A stretch of 64,000 bases of DNA from contig CP145423.1 of NCBI GenBank assembly GCA_036867785.1, positions 620,001 through 684,000 on the forward strand. The letters run 5' to 3'. The translations under genes and the position numbers were made by a program. Shown here one piece after another: positions 49,301 to 60,200 of this stretch. The notes beneath the pieces were generated by a model. It did no database searches. It was not told where the DNA came from and saw only the letters and a program-made list of their open reading frames with translations. The stretch's first letter is position 1. Each line of letters opens with the position of its first letter. The DNA comes from Plasmodiophora brassicae. Its lineage: Eukaryota.

Positions 49301-49521
49301 ATACAATAAGCTGGAGTACTTCAACCGGCCGGACATGGCAACGTATCGCCTGACCATCAGCAACGACATTACTCACTGGTCGGGGAGCGGTCGATCTCGT
49401 TCCTGCGTCGTCTGCAGTGGCCGGACGACAACCTATTGCCAGTCCTGTACGGTCAACTTGTGCGCGACTAAGCACAGTCGCCACCACAAGAGCTGGTACG
49501 AGCTGTTTCACTCCTCGAGGG
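46372..49521 (+). pseudogene. piggyBac-like DDD transposase with inserted YqaJ-like nuclease and SAP-like domains and C-terminal Cys-rich domain (last codons resume at 53560-53638)
   Basis: ILSVDDD / ICLDRGY / KGGQDVVS catalytic motifs; CVVCSGRTTTYCQSCTVNLC; YqaJ-like QSGHDWHIVR, GSANE, LATSIDG, IEFKS, YRGQL; interrupted by insertions and frameshifts. Confidence 0.8.
47245..47439 (-). mobile_element. 195-bp solo-LTR-like insertion with 5-bp TSD TCTGT
   Basis: Removal restores NLIC-LDRGY; minus strand begins TGTCGAGGACCATGTC and contains AATAAA near its end. Confidence 0.75.
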
Positions 49522-49918
49522 TGTCAAGGACCATGTCGTACCACCGGCACACGGTGACGCCGTGTCAGTGCGCGACATGGTCCTTGACACGCCCCCTCCA
49601 ACGGCACGCGGTTGCATGAGGAAGACGGTCGAACGGACGTGTCCCGGCTGGGCCTTTGACTCCGGATCATGAACAACACGGCCTTGCACGCGCGTTTATG
49701 CCTTTTCTCGTTGGCGCGGCACGAGACGGATCGTGGCGTAGCTAGAGGAGACGTGAACGGCGCGGTTTGCTGAGGCAGGGTCGACGATGACGACGCAGAG
49801 AGGAAGACCTGGCTCGGGACGACACCGACGCCGATGGCGCTGGAGGACGACGTTATTTCGAGAAGCGGTTGAGGCAAGCGATTGAGGCCCGTACGACCGG
49901 CGTACGCCTGGCGCTTAC

Positions 49919-52860
49919 CACTGGAAAAATAGGAGTGCCAAATTGGTGCCCCTACCTTCCCCGAGTGCCGAGGAAAGTGCCGATTCCAGGAGCCAACAAT
50001 AGGGAAGTGCCGATGTGGTGCAGGTGCATATCCTGGAGTGCCGAAATAGTGCCAACAGGTCCAACGCGCCAAAAAAGATTGTGACGTCAGGCCGCCGGAA
50101 TGCCCCATTTTTTGCGCCAGTCGTTGACTTCCGATCGTCGTGTTCGATCTGTGGACGATCGTTGTACCTGTGTGTGAGACGCGACAACGGCACCAAAATC
50201 TAGCTCACCTCGCTTCGACGGCTTCGTCTGGATCTGGCTATCGTCCATCCGGTTGGATACCATGGAGGATGCTAACCCCATCATTCGTGCATTTCCACGA
50301 GAAGGCTTTCTTGCCGCCGATGCAAGAAACGACCCTATTGTGAACCCGCGCCATGGTGTCGGCATCCCTGACGAAATGGATCGTCCGATCAGACAAACAA
50401 TGGCTGTATCCTGGCTTCATGATGGTCCGCCGTTAATCGATTTCGACTTCACGGCCGGCTTATCAGACGACGTTGCTGGGATGTCTGCCGACCACATCCG
50501 GTCGGCGGAATTCCTTCGGAAGTACCGGAATGAGGTCGTCCTATCCGAGTTCCTCAAAGTCGAGATTCCGAAGCGCCTGGTTTCGTTGCAGGTGGATCCG
50601 TCCTCCATACGTGCGCTGGAGTGCTTGGATGAGTTTGCCCGCGGGCAGCATACGCAGGCGTCCCTGTGTCGCTCATTAGAACGACTAAGCAAGGATGACG
50701 TAAGGCGCCAGGCCGAGTATACGAAATTCGTAAGCACCGTGTCTGACGAACGTTAGCTGTGTCTCTAATTCTGGTAGTTTAAGGAATACGCTGCCAGCAA
50801 GGGCTGTCCTGTGGACGACCTTGAAGAATGTTTAAACGCCGATCCTGTTCTTTCGCTGCAACGTTCTGGGGGCATCACCACTCTTGCCCAGCTACGCTCC
50901 TATCTGTCGGAGTCGGGCGTTTCGATACCGTCCCTCGAGTATCGCGTTTGCTGCAACGGTCACATGTGGCCAGCCTGCGACTCTCCACCGGACCAGGAGT
51001 GCTGCTCGAAGGCATCCGAACGTTTCTTCTACTTTTCCCGCATCCTATTTCTCCAATCGTTGTTTCGGTCGGCACACATGTCTGGCATCATTCGGTCGGA
51101 AATCGACCGACATCGAAATATTCTCTTGGGAGTTCGTTCTTCCGACACCATTCGCGACTGGACAGACGGCCAGTATTTCAAAGATACGTATGGTCCTTTC
51201 ATGCTGGAGGCGCTGCGCTTCAACGAATACCCTCTTGCGGTGACGTCTGGCATTGACGGCGCCGACGTCTTGAGATGGGGATCGGAATCGGTTACTCCGC
51301 TCATTCAGATACTCTTGAGTCTGCCTCCTGAGGTCCGGTGTAACCTCGGCCTTATCCATGCAGTCGGTTTAATACCGCACATCGCGCGAGGTCATCGTGC
51401 AGCGTTTCTTCGCCTCGACACGTTCGAATTAAACCTGATGTTCCAACTCGGGTTCCCTGTGTTCGATGCGACAACTGGGACGGCAACTGCAAGGGCAGTT
51501 CTATCGTGTGCTGTACGTACTCCCTTCTCCATCTGCTCGTGTCATTTCTGCTTACATATATCCAATTTGTGACAGACATTAGATTACAAAGAGTTCAGCC
51601 TCACAACTCGTTGCTCCCAAGGCGGAAAGCTGGACGCCTGCAACCGGTGTCACGTTCAAGGCTATCATTTCGCGGCGAGCCACGCTACTGTGTTTCCAGG
51701 TCTTTGGCGATGGTCTTCTGAAGACGTCCGAGAGGCTGTAAGCCGCTATAATATTCACGATTTGCACGGCCGTCTAAGACTTTGTACTCAGATGAGCAGA
51801 TCGTTTTTCACGTCGATGACCGAACTGGGAAGAAGTAAGTTCCCGGAAAGTCCAGACGACCGAGATCGCGATCGAACTAGACGGCAGGAATGCCAGTTTC
51901 TCAAGGATGCTCAACCGAAACTGGATTCCGAGATGCGTCTGCGAATGACATCTGGTGATACCGGTGGGCATCGAGTCCCTGGCCATGACATTTATTCAGT
52001 CGGATTATTGAGCGGGTTCGGCCATGCTTCGCAGTACGTGCATGATCCCATGCATGCATTCTGTATGCGTGTTATCCCGCGTCTGGTCAAGTGCTTCGAT
52101 TGGCATGGGAATGGCAAAGAATTGCTTTCTCCAGAGGTTTGATCGCAATTTGTTGTACTTCATCGTCAAACTCATTTGCGGATTAGATCGATCGTGCGTT
52201 TGGTCGCGTTGCTCCCGACGTTCCCGTGTTGACGATTCCCAACAATCGCCGTTTTCCAGCGACGACTTTGGCTTCGTCTGCTGCAAGGCAGATTGGTAGT
52301 GCGATAGAGTCGTTGGAGTGGCCCACCGGAAACTGTGACCGCCCGAAGAACCCGTACCAGTCTTCGATGAAATCTCACGATTGGCTGATTTGGGCAAGTG
52401 ATGTCGGAATCGCCATCTTTGCGGGTTTGATTGGCACGGCCCTGTTCAACAGTTCCGATTCTGCCCTATCCTGGGGAACTGTTTTCGCTTTCATGCACTC
52501 ATCGATGATGATTCTGTCGAAGTCCTTCGACCGGTCGTCGTTCGACACTGTGGCGCAAACGTTCCTCGATGCGTGTGCCCGGCTGGAAACTGTAATTCCT
52601 GGCAAGCTGTTGACGATATCGGTACGTGCCCCGATTATCAATGTCGTATCTGTACATTCATCGCCGCACTGTTGCCGTTCAGATGCATTCGATGATCCAC
52701 CTTCCGGAAGTCATTCGCCAATGGGGCCCTCTTTCTGGTTTCGTATGGACCTATCCAATGGAACGGTGGATCAAGAGGATGAAGTCGATCCTGACAGCCA
52801 CGCAAGGCTTCACAATGAACATCGCCGGCAACGTTCAGCTGATCTCCGCGGCAGCGTATA
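49919..52860 (+). mobile_element. CACTA/EnSpm-type element, 3'-truncated (left end plus spliced transposase)
   Basis: Starts CACTGG followed by GTGCC subterminal repeats; IRDWTDG, LSLPPEVR, HDPMH, MKSHDWLIW and MHSMIHLPEVIRQWGPL..WTYPMERWI motifs. Confidence 0.85.
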
Positions 52861-53231
52861 CGTCCCGGTACTGGTTCTGGATTCCCGTAATGACGGCCTG
52901 CCTTGCTTGCGCGATCTGCCTCGGCTCACTGGCGCGTGACGCGACTGGAGTGGGCGTTCGTGGCGCGTTGTGCAGAAGCAGGGTCAGGGCAGAGACGCGG
53001 TGACGCGGGACAGGCTCTGGATGGCACCGGCGCGCAGGGCGCCGGCGGGCTCGCCGCCTCGAAGCGCGTGCAAGGCCGTGTTGTTCATGATCCGGAGTCA
53101 AAGGCCCAGCCGGGACATGGCGCCAATGGGCCCTCTTCCGTAGTGAATCCCAGGACAGACACCATCGTCGCACCTGGGTGCGGATTGAGGGGGCGTGCCA
53201 GGAATCCAATCCTCACGCCAGTCGGACTTTA

Positions 53232-53303
53232 GGCGCCGTAGCTGAGTGGTACAGCAGCGGTACGTTCCACCGTTGGCCCTGGGTTCGATTCCCAGCGGCG
53301 CCC
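53232..53303 (+). tRNA. tRNA-like gene, copy 1 (nominal GTT anticodon, non-canonical loop)
   Basis: Cloverleaf: acceptor GGCGCCG/CGGCGCC, D arm GCTG/CAGC, anticodon stem GCGGT/ACCGT, T arm CTGGG-TTCGATT-CCCAG; A and B boxes; T5 terminator. Loop ACGTTCC lacks U33 and purine 37. Confidence 0.75.
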
Positions 53304-53472
53304 GCGTTTTTCAGATTAACAGTCGTATGCGCTATACATAGCCATACAGAAATGCGTGGCGCCAATGGGCCCTCTTCCGTAGTGAATCCCAGGACAGACA
53401 CCATCGTCACACCTCTGGCTGCGGATTGAGGAGGCGTGTCAGGAATCCAATCCTCACGCCAGTCGGACTTTA

Positions 53473-53544
53473 GGCGCCGTAGCTGAGTGGTACAGCAGCG
53501 GTACGTTCAACCGTAGGCCCTGGGTTCGATTCCCAGCGGCGCCC
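53473..53544 (+). tRNA. tRNA-like gene, copy 2
   Basis: Same cloverleaf, loop ACGTTCA, followed by TTTTT. Confidence 0.75.
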
Positions 53545-54826
53545 GCATTTTTCAGAGGGCGATCCGCAGGCGTGAAGAGCCGCCACAGCCAAGTCGCCGG
53601 GGTCGTAAGCGATCAATTGGATCTATTAATGTTCAATGAACTCTTTCCAATCCACTCATTTGTCAGCGCATTCCCAACGTACAATAATTGTACGTTCCCC
53701 GTTTGACCGTACAATAGTTGTACTTCGGCTATAAAAAGCTGCCCCGGGGGTGACCTGATTTGGCCAATTTTCGAAGTCAAGTTCCTTCACTACCGGTGAC
53801 GTTATTTCTTCGTTCTTTCAAATGGACACCCTCTGGGCTATTATCTATCTCGACGAGAAACAACGGCGCTTTTCGTCAGGAAACAAAAAATATTCGACGG
53901 GTCAAAGTTGAAAGTACAATAATTGTACGTTCGCGGGGTCCGATCAGGGGTTAGGGCCCGCGCTGGTCCTGGGTATACCGGGGTCAGCCGAAAATAATCA
54001 AACGACGTGAAGAAATCAAACGCCGAGCGAAGCGAGGCGTCCCCCACCGCAGCAACAAAGGCAATGCATGCTCGATCGAGGTACGGAGCACAACTATCCA
54101 TCCCGGATTAACGAATCAAAACACGATGCACGCTAGCGCTCATTGTTGTGCCTGCGCTTCCGGACGCTGGATCGAGTCACGAACGACGATGGAGAAGTCG
54201 GACATTTGGTCTTGTCCTTAATGCCGGGACACTTTTCTTTGCCGCACAGGAAATATATGCCGTCGATCGAATGGCCGTTTCTGCACGTTGGCGATTCTCG
54301 CCTGCGCTTGCTGCTTTCTACTGACAAAAATTGGTCATGGCCCGGCTTCAACTTCAGCCAAGTCGGCTGCGTACCAATACGAGGTTGAGAGGATGATGTT
54401 GAGAAGGACAATATTGCGATTGCCGTCCGAAATGCAATCGCCCCAACTATCAACCGTCGCCACGAATTTTTTCGCGATTGTTGGTGCCCAACTATCGCGA
54501 GCACGCTTGCTCGGCTGGTTTGACTTGAAACCTGTAGCTTCCAGAAGATATAGGGACGGGATGTGGCAATCTTTCAGCCAAGCAGGTAGAGGAGATACGT
54601 AGTGGCGATGCTGATCAATAAAACGGAGCTCGAGATACAACCGTCTTCGCAATCGTGTCCTGTTCGGTAGTGGTTGACCTGAGACTAGTTGTTATCCTGA
54701 TTTGGATTGCACAAGTGCGAGCAGACCGATGTAACGCCCGTTCAGGGTTGTAGATGTGATCTGTGGCGTCGTGCTCCCTCTTTTTCAGCTTCAAAATTGC
54801 AAAGCGCGTAGGTGCCCGCGTTGGAG

Positions 54827-56010
54827 ATGGCGGTCGCTCATGGTGTACACGTGTCCGAAGCAATTGAAAGCCAACATGCTGCAAAAAACACCAAACTGCA
54901 TGCGCTGTACGCCTACTATTTCATCGGCCTCAAGCAGAATCAGATAGCCCTTTTGTATCGCAAGGCGCCATCGACGATCGGCAGATGGATCGACCGGTAC
55001 GAGCGCACCGGTGCCGTATCCAGCAAGGCAGCAGAGTCGCAGCGGAAGTACACGCCTGAACACCGCGAATGGATAAGGGACTACTTCCTCGCCAACCCTT
55101 TGTCTTTTCTTGACGAAGCCAAGCTGGCATTCGAAATCAACTGGAAGAACGACATCAGTTTGAGCACGATCTGGCGCATACTTCGCGAATACGACTTTAC
55201 TCGAAAGGCACGACTCGAACAGCAATGGGTTATCAGTTTCGCTCTTACTGTTGAATAGCTCATTGTCCGTCGAGCCATCCAGATCAAGGAAGCAGACATC
55301 GTCCGATTCTTCGAGGAACTCAACGCTATCGACTGGACCCACTCCAGCCTGTGCTTTCTTGACGAGTTCGGCCTCGACAACCGGGACATGCTACGTCGCA
55401 AGGGTTATGCGCTTAAGGTCCGTCGACGAGTTTCCCAACGTTATCTGTATACAGGACCCCAACATGCGTTATGCAGGGCCAGGAACTGCTCTTCAGAGGC
55501 GAATTCGTCAGAAGGCCGCGTAGCTCGTTGTTGTGCTTCATCGGATGTGATGGGTTGGAAGGCACATTTCTCACAGAGGGCACGTTCGATCGGCAGAAAT
55601 TTGTCGAATGCGTCCGTGAGCATGCTCTGTCCGGCCGAGTTCAGAAGCATCCTGGGCGGCAATCGGTTTGGATCATGGATGGAGCCAGGATACATTGCCA
55701 TCATACGATAGACGAGTACCTACGGGATTTCGGCATCATTCCCATCTTCCTGCCAGCCTACTGTCCGATGTTCAACCCGATTGAGATTGTGTTCGGTCTT
55801 GTCAAGAAAAGCCTTAGGCGTTGGTATGCTGAAGGCAATATCAAACCGAAGGACCTCCCTGTTGTCATCTTATCGGAACTCAAGAAGTTTCGGAGATATG
55901 ACATGAGACGTCTGTTCAAGAAATGTGGGTTTGGCGCAAACGGAAAGTTCAATCCAGGCGTCGCCTACAAGGACATCACGAATCGCATGACGGAGGTCGG
56001 ATTCGAATAA
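54827..56010 (+). CDS. Tc1/IS630-family DD34E transposase, 3 exons, apparently intact
   Basis: N-terminal HTH; CFLDEFG, WIMDGARIH, PAYCPMFNPIE with 34 residues between D and E; introns 55208-55258 (GC-AG) and 55418-55476 (GT-AG) give one frame. Confidence 0.88.
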
Positions 56011-56012
56011 AT

Positions 56013-56930
56013 TTATTGATCCTCATGATCTATATCACTCTGATTGGGCGCCCTCTGCAGCCTGTTCAGATTATCAGGAAGTTCCTCGGGATGAAGACTA
56101 GCCCTAAGCGCCTCAGCAACTCGTCGATGTCGGCGCACTGTGTCGCGCATCTGCCGCATCTGGCACCCAACGCTGTCGCGAAACGCCTCGATCTGGCGAT
56201 GGATAAAGTCCTGAAACTCTTGCAAGTGATCGTCCATCGTGTCCAGAATCGCTAGCGTTGTGGAATTGTCTTCCCGGAGGGTCGTGAGCAACGGTCCATT
56301 TTGTAGTGGCGAGTGCTCGAAGAGGTGGACGATTTCGTAAGGAGGCGGGTCCTCGATCAAAGCAGCTCGACGTGTGACCGGCTCGCGCGCGATGTGACTG
56401 GCCCAAATCCGCCAGTTGGCTGACTGGGATTGATATACCGTTCCCCAGTGATCCTTCAGTTGGCGTTCGATCGCTCTCACTTGTTCATCGGCAGCGGCGC
56501 GAGCACGGTCCAACTGCGCAGCCGAGAACACAGACGCTTGAAACTTCTTGAAGTCCGATGCGTTTCGCAGCTCTTTCCCGTACTGATAAATGAATAGACT
56601 CGGGACGTCCTTACTCCAGCGGATAAGCGTGTCCTTGGTTATGCCTGTATGCAAAGAACAACATTCAGTGACTAACTTCAATTTGAACGTTAGCACTACA
56701 GTTGGGGTACGCATTGGATCTCGGTGATCATCGCCATGTGGACGGTGGAAGGCGTAGAAGTGATTGTTGTGTTTGATGGCAACAAACTGATCCAGTGACG
56801 TTAACGTTACGGTCTCCTTAGCAAGTATATACGTCGAGTCGTTGTCAGATGACTTGCGAGCCAGGCCGTCTACGTTTTTCTTGAACGAGACCATGTACGG
56901 CGTCTGTAAAGTCGCCAACGGTGACCACTT
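56013..56930 (-). pseudogene. Unknown ORF convergent with the Tc1 transposase; its 5' part lies at 63800-63960, split by the CACTA insertion
   Basis: Removing 56931-63799 and one TSD joins ...HVLGQFDVE to VVTVGDFTDAVHGLVQ, then a one-base shift in an A run enters the long ORF. Confidence 0.65.
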
Positions 56931-56942
56931 CACTGGCGTCAC

Positions 56943-57280
56943 ATCGGATGCGAAATGACTGCAGACCGGCTGCAGGTAGGATGCAGGTGGACGTTTCTGC
57001 AGCCAGTCTGCATCCCCTTCAGGATGCAGATAGGCTGCAGAAACGCCATCCGCATCCAGTCTGCATCACCCTGAAGATGCAAAATGACTGCAGACGACGT
57101 TTCTGCAGCCGCTCTGCATCTACAAGGAGATGCAAAATGACTGCAGACGACGTTTCTGCAGCCACTCTGCATCAACAAGGAGATGCAGAGCGAATGCGAA
57201 CGACGATCTGCAGCCAGTCTGCAACCACAAGGCGATGCAATATGACTGCAGACGACGTTTCTGCAGCCACTGTGCATATC
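56943..57280. repeat. Left subterminal TGCAG-core repeats of the CACTA element
   Basis: Many direct and inverted (GA)TGCAG / CTGCA units at roughly 11-bp spacing. Confidence 0.85.
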
Positions 57281-60200
57281 ACATTCTGGTAATCACGAAC
57301 TAACGCCGAGTGATGAGAGAGTCGCTGGTAGATGGTGACAGTGGGACATCCACGGTTCCGATGCCTTGCTCTCGAAACATAATTGTGCTTTAATCGAATA
57401 AACTTGTCGAAATTAATGAGCCGGGAACCATGTTGGACCGGCCAAGCACACAGACGAACTGGACGTCAACGTCGCTTACACGTCGACGTTTGCGACTGGC
57501 TGTATCGTGAGGCATCAGATTCAGGACGCTGGGAACCAGGATGACGTTGTTCGGTACGGCTTGTTCAACGGGGAACCAAGGGCTGAACAAGGAGGTCGAC
57601 TGAAGAATAACGTATCCTGGAAGCGTCCGGCCACAGGGTCCCCCGGCTTCCGTGTCAGGGTCAGCGTTGCAAATCTCCCACCATCTTCAAGCTCAAATAA
57701 GACTTCCGAGTCGAATGTATGCACACAAGTGCCTTACTTGTAGCAATAAAAACATTCCAGTTCGAACGTTGAGCCGTTCACAACCGGTTCTGGGCAACGA
57801 AGGGAAACGCGCGCCAGCCGGCGAATGGCACCCAAATATCGCCAGCCTTCACCGACCGTCATGACCAAGTGGTTATTTGTCTTTGGCTCGTCGCCATTCT
57901 CCGCCAGGTTTGCCTTCCAAAGGCAGTTCCCTGTAACACGTTGGTTAGTAATTCAATAAATGATTACACTACATGCTTGTGAAATTACCAAAGGATGCTT
58001 CGTTGAAAACCTCACACGTTGATGGCAGCAAACGCATTCCGGCAACGCGTTCGCAGAATGCGTCGAATGAGGCGATGTAAATTCGCATCTCGCTGAAGCG
58101 CTCGATTTGCGTGCCTACTTCTTTTCGAAACAATCGGCACACTTTGCGGTAGTGCTGAACGGCAGGTGAGTCGTGGTAATGCTGCCAGTCATCGGTGCAT
58201 AAGTGCTGATGCAAGTGGCATCTATCGTCATCAGATAATGTCATGGTTCTTTCCTTGAATGGGCGAACTCTAGAAAGTTGCAACTGCATTGTTCCAGTGC
58301 AAGGGTCCATGCAGGAAAGTTTGCGACTGGAGGGAGTGGATTGCTTGAAGCGATCAGGATAGGCAAACCTGGAAGCAGGGTCAGTCCCGTGATCTCGCAT
58401 GCGCATGATGAAAATACCTCAGCTTGATGGTTGCCGAGCATAGCTGATAATTCTTCACGATATTCGCCGAATATCCAATAGTAGATGTGACGAAATTCTT
58501 CATCCGCAGCATGAACCGTTCCGTCAGCAAGGCCCACACAAACCCTGCGATGGGGCCAAAGAGTTCGATTATTTCAGGTAGATGGACAACCGAGTGTACC
58601 TACAAAGACAGGGGTCAGCATGAATTTGCAACAGCATAGTATAACATGTACTGAGATTGTCTTCAATGTAGACGGCGCGACGCGCTCGAATTCGTTGAAA
58701 GCTTGGAAAAGTCGATCTTTAAGCTTTGGTAAGTCATCTTTCAGAATGCACTTCGAAAGCAGGCGATTGCATGTGTCAACAAATGAGAAATACGCATACC
58801 AAAATTCTCGATATTTCTGCGATCCTGATTTCCTCAAACATTCGTTCGCCAGGTTGTGAAACATCGCCAAACCGAAGTCGCTGGTCCACAGAAGCGAATC
58901 ATGCGCCTTCCAACTTTGCGGGAAGAGACAGTTTCCAGGCTTCACACCGTTTCCTTTAAAACAATATACTGTCAATTAATATTGGCGTAATTTTAACGTT
59001 CTAACTTACCTGTGCACCAGCGAATCGAATGGAGAAGCTCATCCATTTTAACGGCGAGAGCGCTTTTGCCGGTGCGAGAATTTGATCGATATTTGCCAGC
59101 AGGAACCGCCCATCCTGGCTCCCTGTCGAACGTCTTACCCAGAGCTTCTTCGATCTGTGTGCATCTCATCAGTATCTCATCGTGTTCCGTCAATGCCACA
59201 TCCACCAGCAACCTTCTGATCATAGAGAGGACGCTTCTTAGACTTCGGACCAGTCCTCGGGCTAATGATTGACCACAGCCGGGGCAGTGTGTTGAGGAGC
59301 AAACTGTGCATAACACACAGGACGAACTGCGTTGCGTTCCCGAATGGATAAACCAATCCGGTGGAGTACATGTCCGCTTCAAGCGCGGATACGCCTGCAT
59401 TGGAGGAACTGTCCCGCCTCGATTCCATGCGTCGCATGGTGTCCGAATCCGTTTTTAAACGAGCCTCTAAATGGTACACGCAGGTCGTAGTTAGAGGCGA
59501 CACCTACATGCAACAACACCATTCGTGCAACATTTCTATAACATACCTGTACTCTTCAGGTATATCGTCTGACGTCCGACAGTCTGCCCTTGGACATGGC
59601 ACCGGTTGCAAGCATCGCGCTTGCCTCGGAAAACACATTTGGCGTGTTTCGGGAGTTCGGCGTAATCATGGGTCTATCGAAACAGCAAATTTACCACTGA
59701 ATACAAATCCAATTCCATTTCACGATTGGCCGTCCGCACCTGGTGCAGGTGCATAACGCGAAAGTGCCGAATTTCCTGCAGATCCCCATCCCAGTATGGA
59801 ACACCGTACAAGTAGCCAAGATTCAACTCGAATACGTCAAGGCTGTACCATGTAGCGGCTGATAAGCAGAGTTCAAAAGTTCAATCTATGAAGACATACC
59901 ATTGGATGGCTTGTCGAACACGACCTGCTTGAGGACCCCGTATCTCAGGCATTAAACCATACATCATTAAAAGGCTTGAGTTGCAGCGAAGCTCCTCAGA
60001 CAAGCAGAGATTTACGGAGAGCATGGGCGTTCGGGATTTGGTAATCCATTTGGTCACGCGGGCGGCGTCGACGCCTGTAGATGTCGCAATTGGGATACAA
60101 TTGTTTCTAAGACATTGAATTACGTCGACAATCAGTGCAAGGTACGCAGACCAATACGATCATGTATACTGTTTGCATCGCCTTGCAAAGGGAACGAAAA

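Larger units (their letters stand above)
49522..53554. mobile_element. Composite TG...CA insertion with 5-bp TSD GAGGG
   Basis: GAGGG at 49517-49521 and 53555-53559; removal restores the transposase end ELFHSSR-AIRRREEPPQPSRRGRKRSIGSINVQ-stop. Confidence 0.75.
46033..53950 (+). mobile_element. piggyBac-like DNA transposon carrying nested insertions
   Basis: Ends CCCTGATC (46033) and GATCAGGGG (53950) flanked by degenerate TTAA (ATAA / TTAG); subterminal palindrome GTACAATAATTGTAC at ~46049, 46117, 53679, 53709 (variant) and 53914. Confidence 0.75.

Noticed and set aside
49640-53117. 54-bp inverted repeats as TIRs of the CACTA transposase
   Set aside because: No TSD, no CACT terminus; the CACTA left end is at 49919.
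53473-53544. Selenocysteine or opal suppressor tRNA (TCA in loop)
   Set aside because: TCA is not at positions 34-36 and there is no long variable arm.
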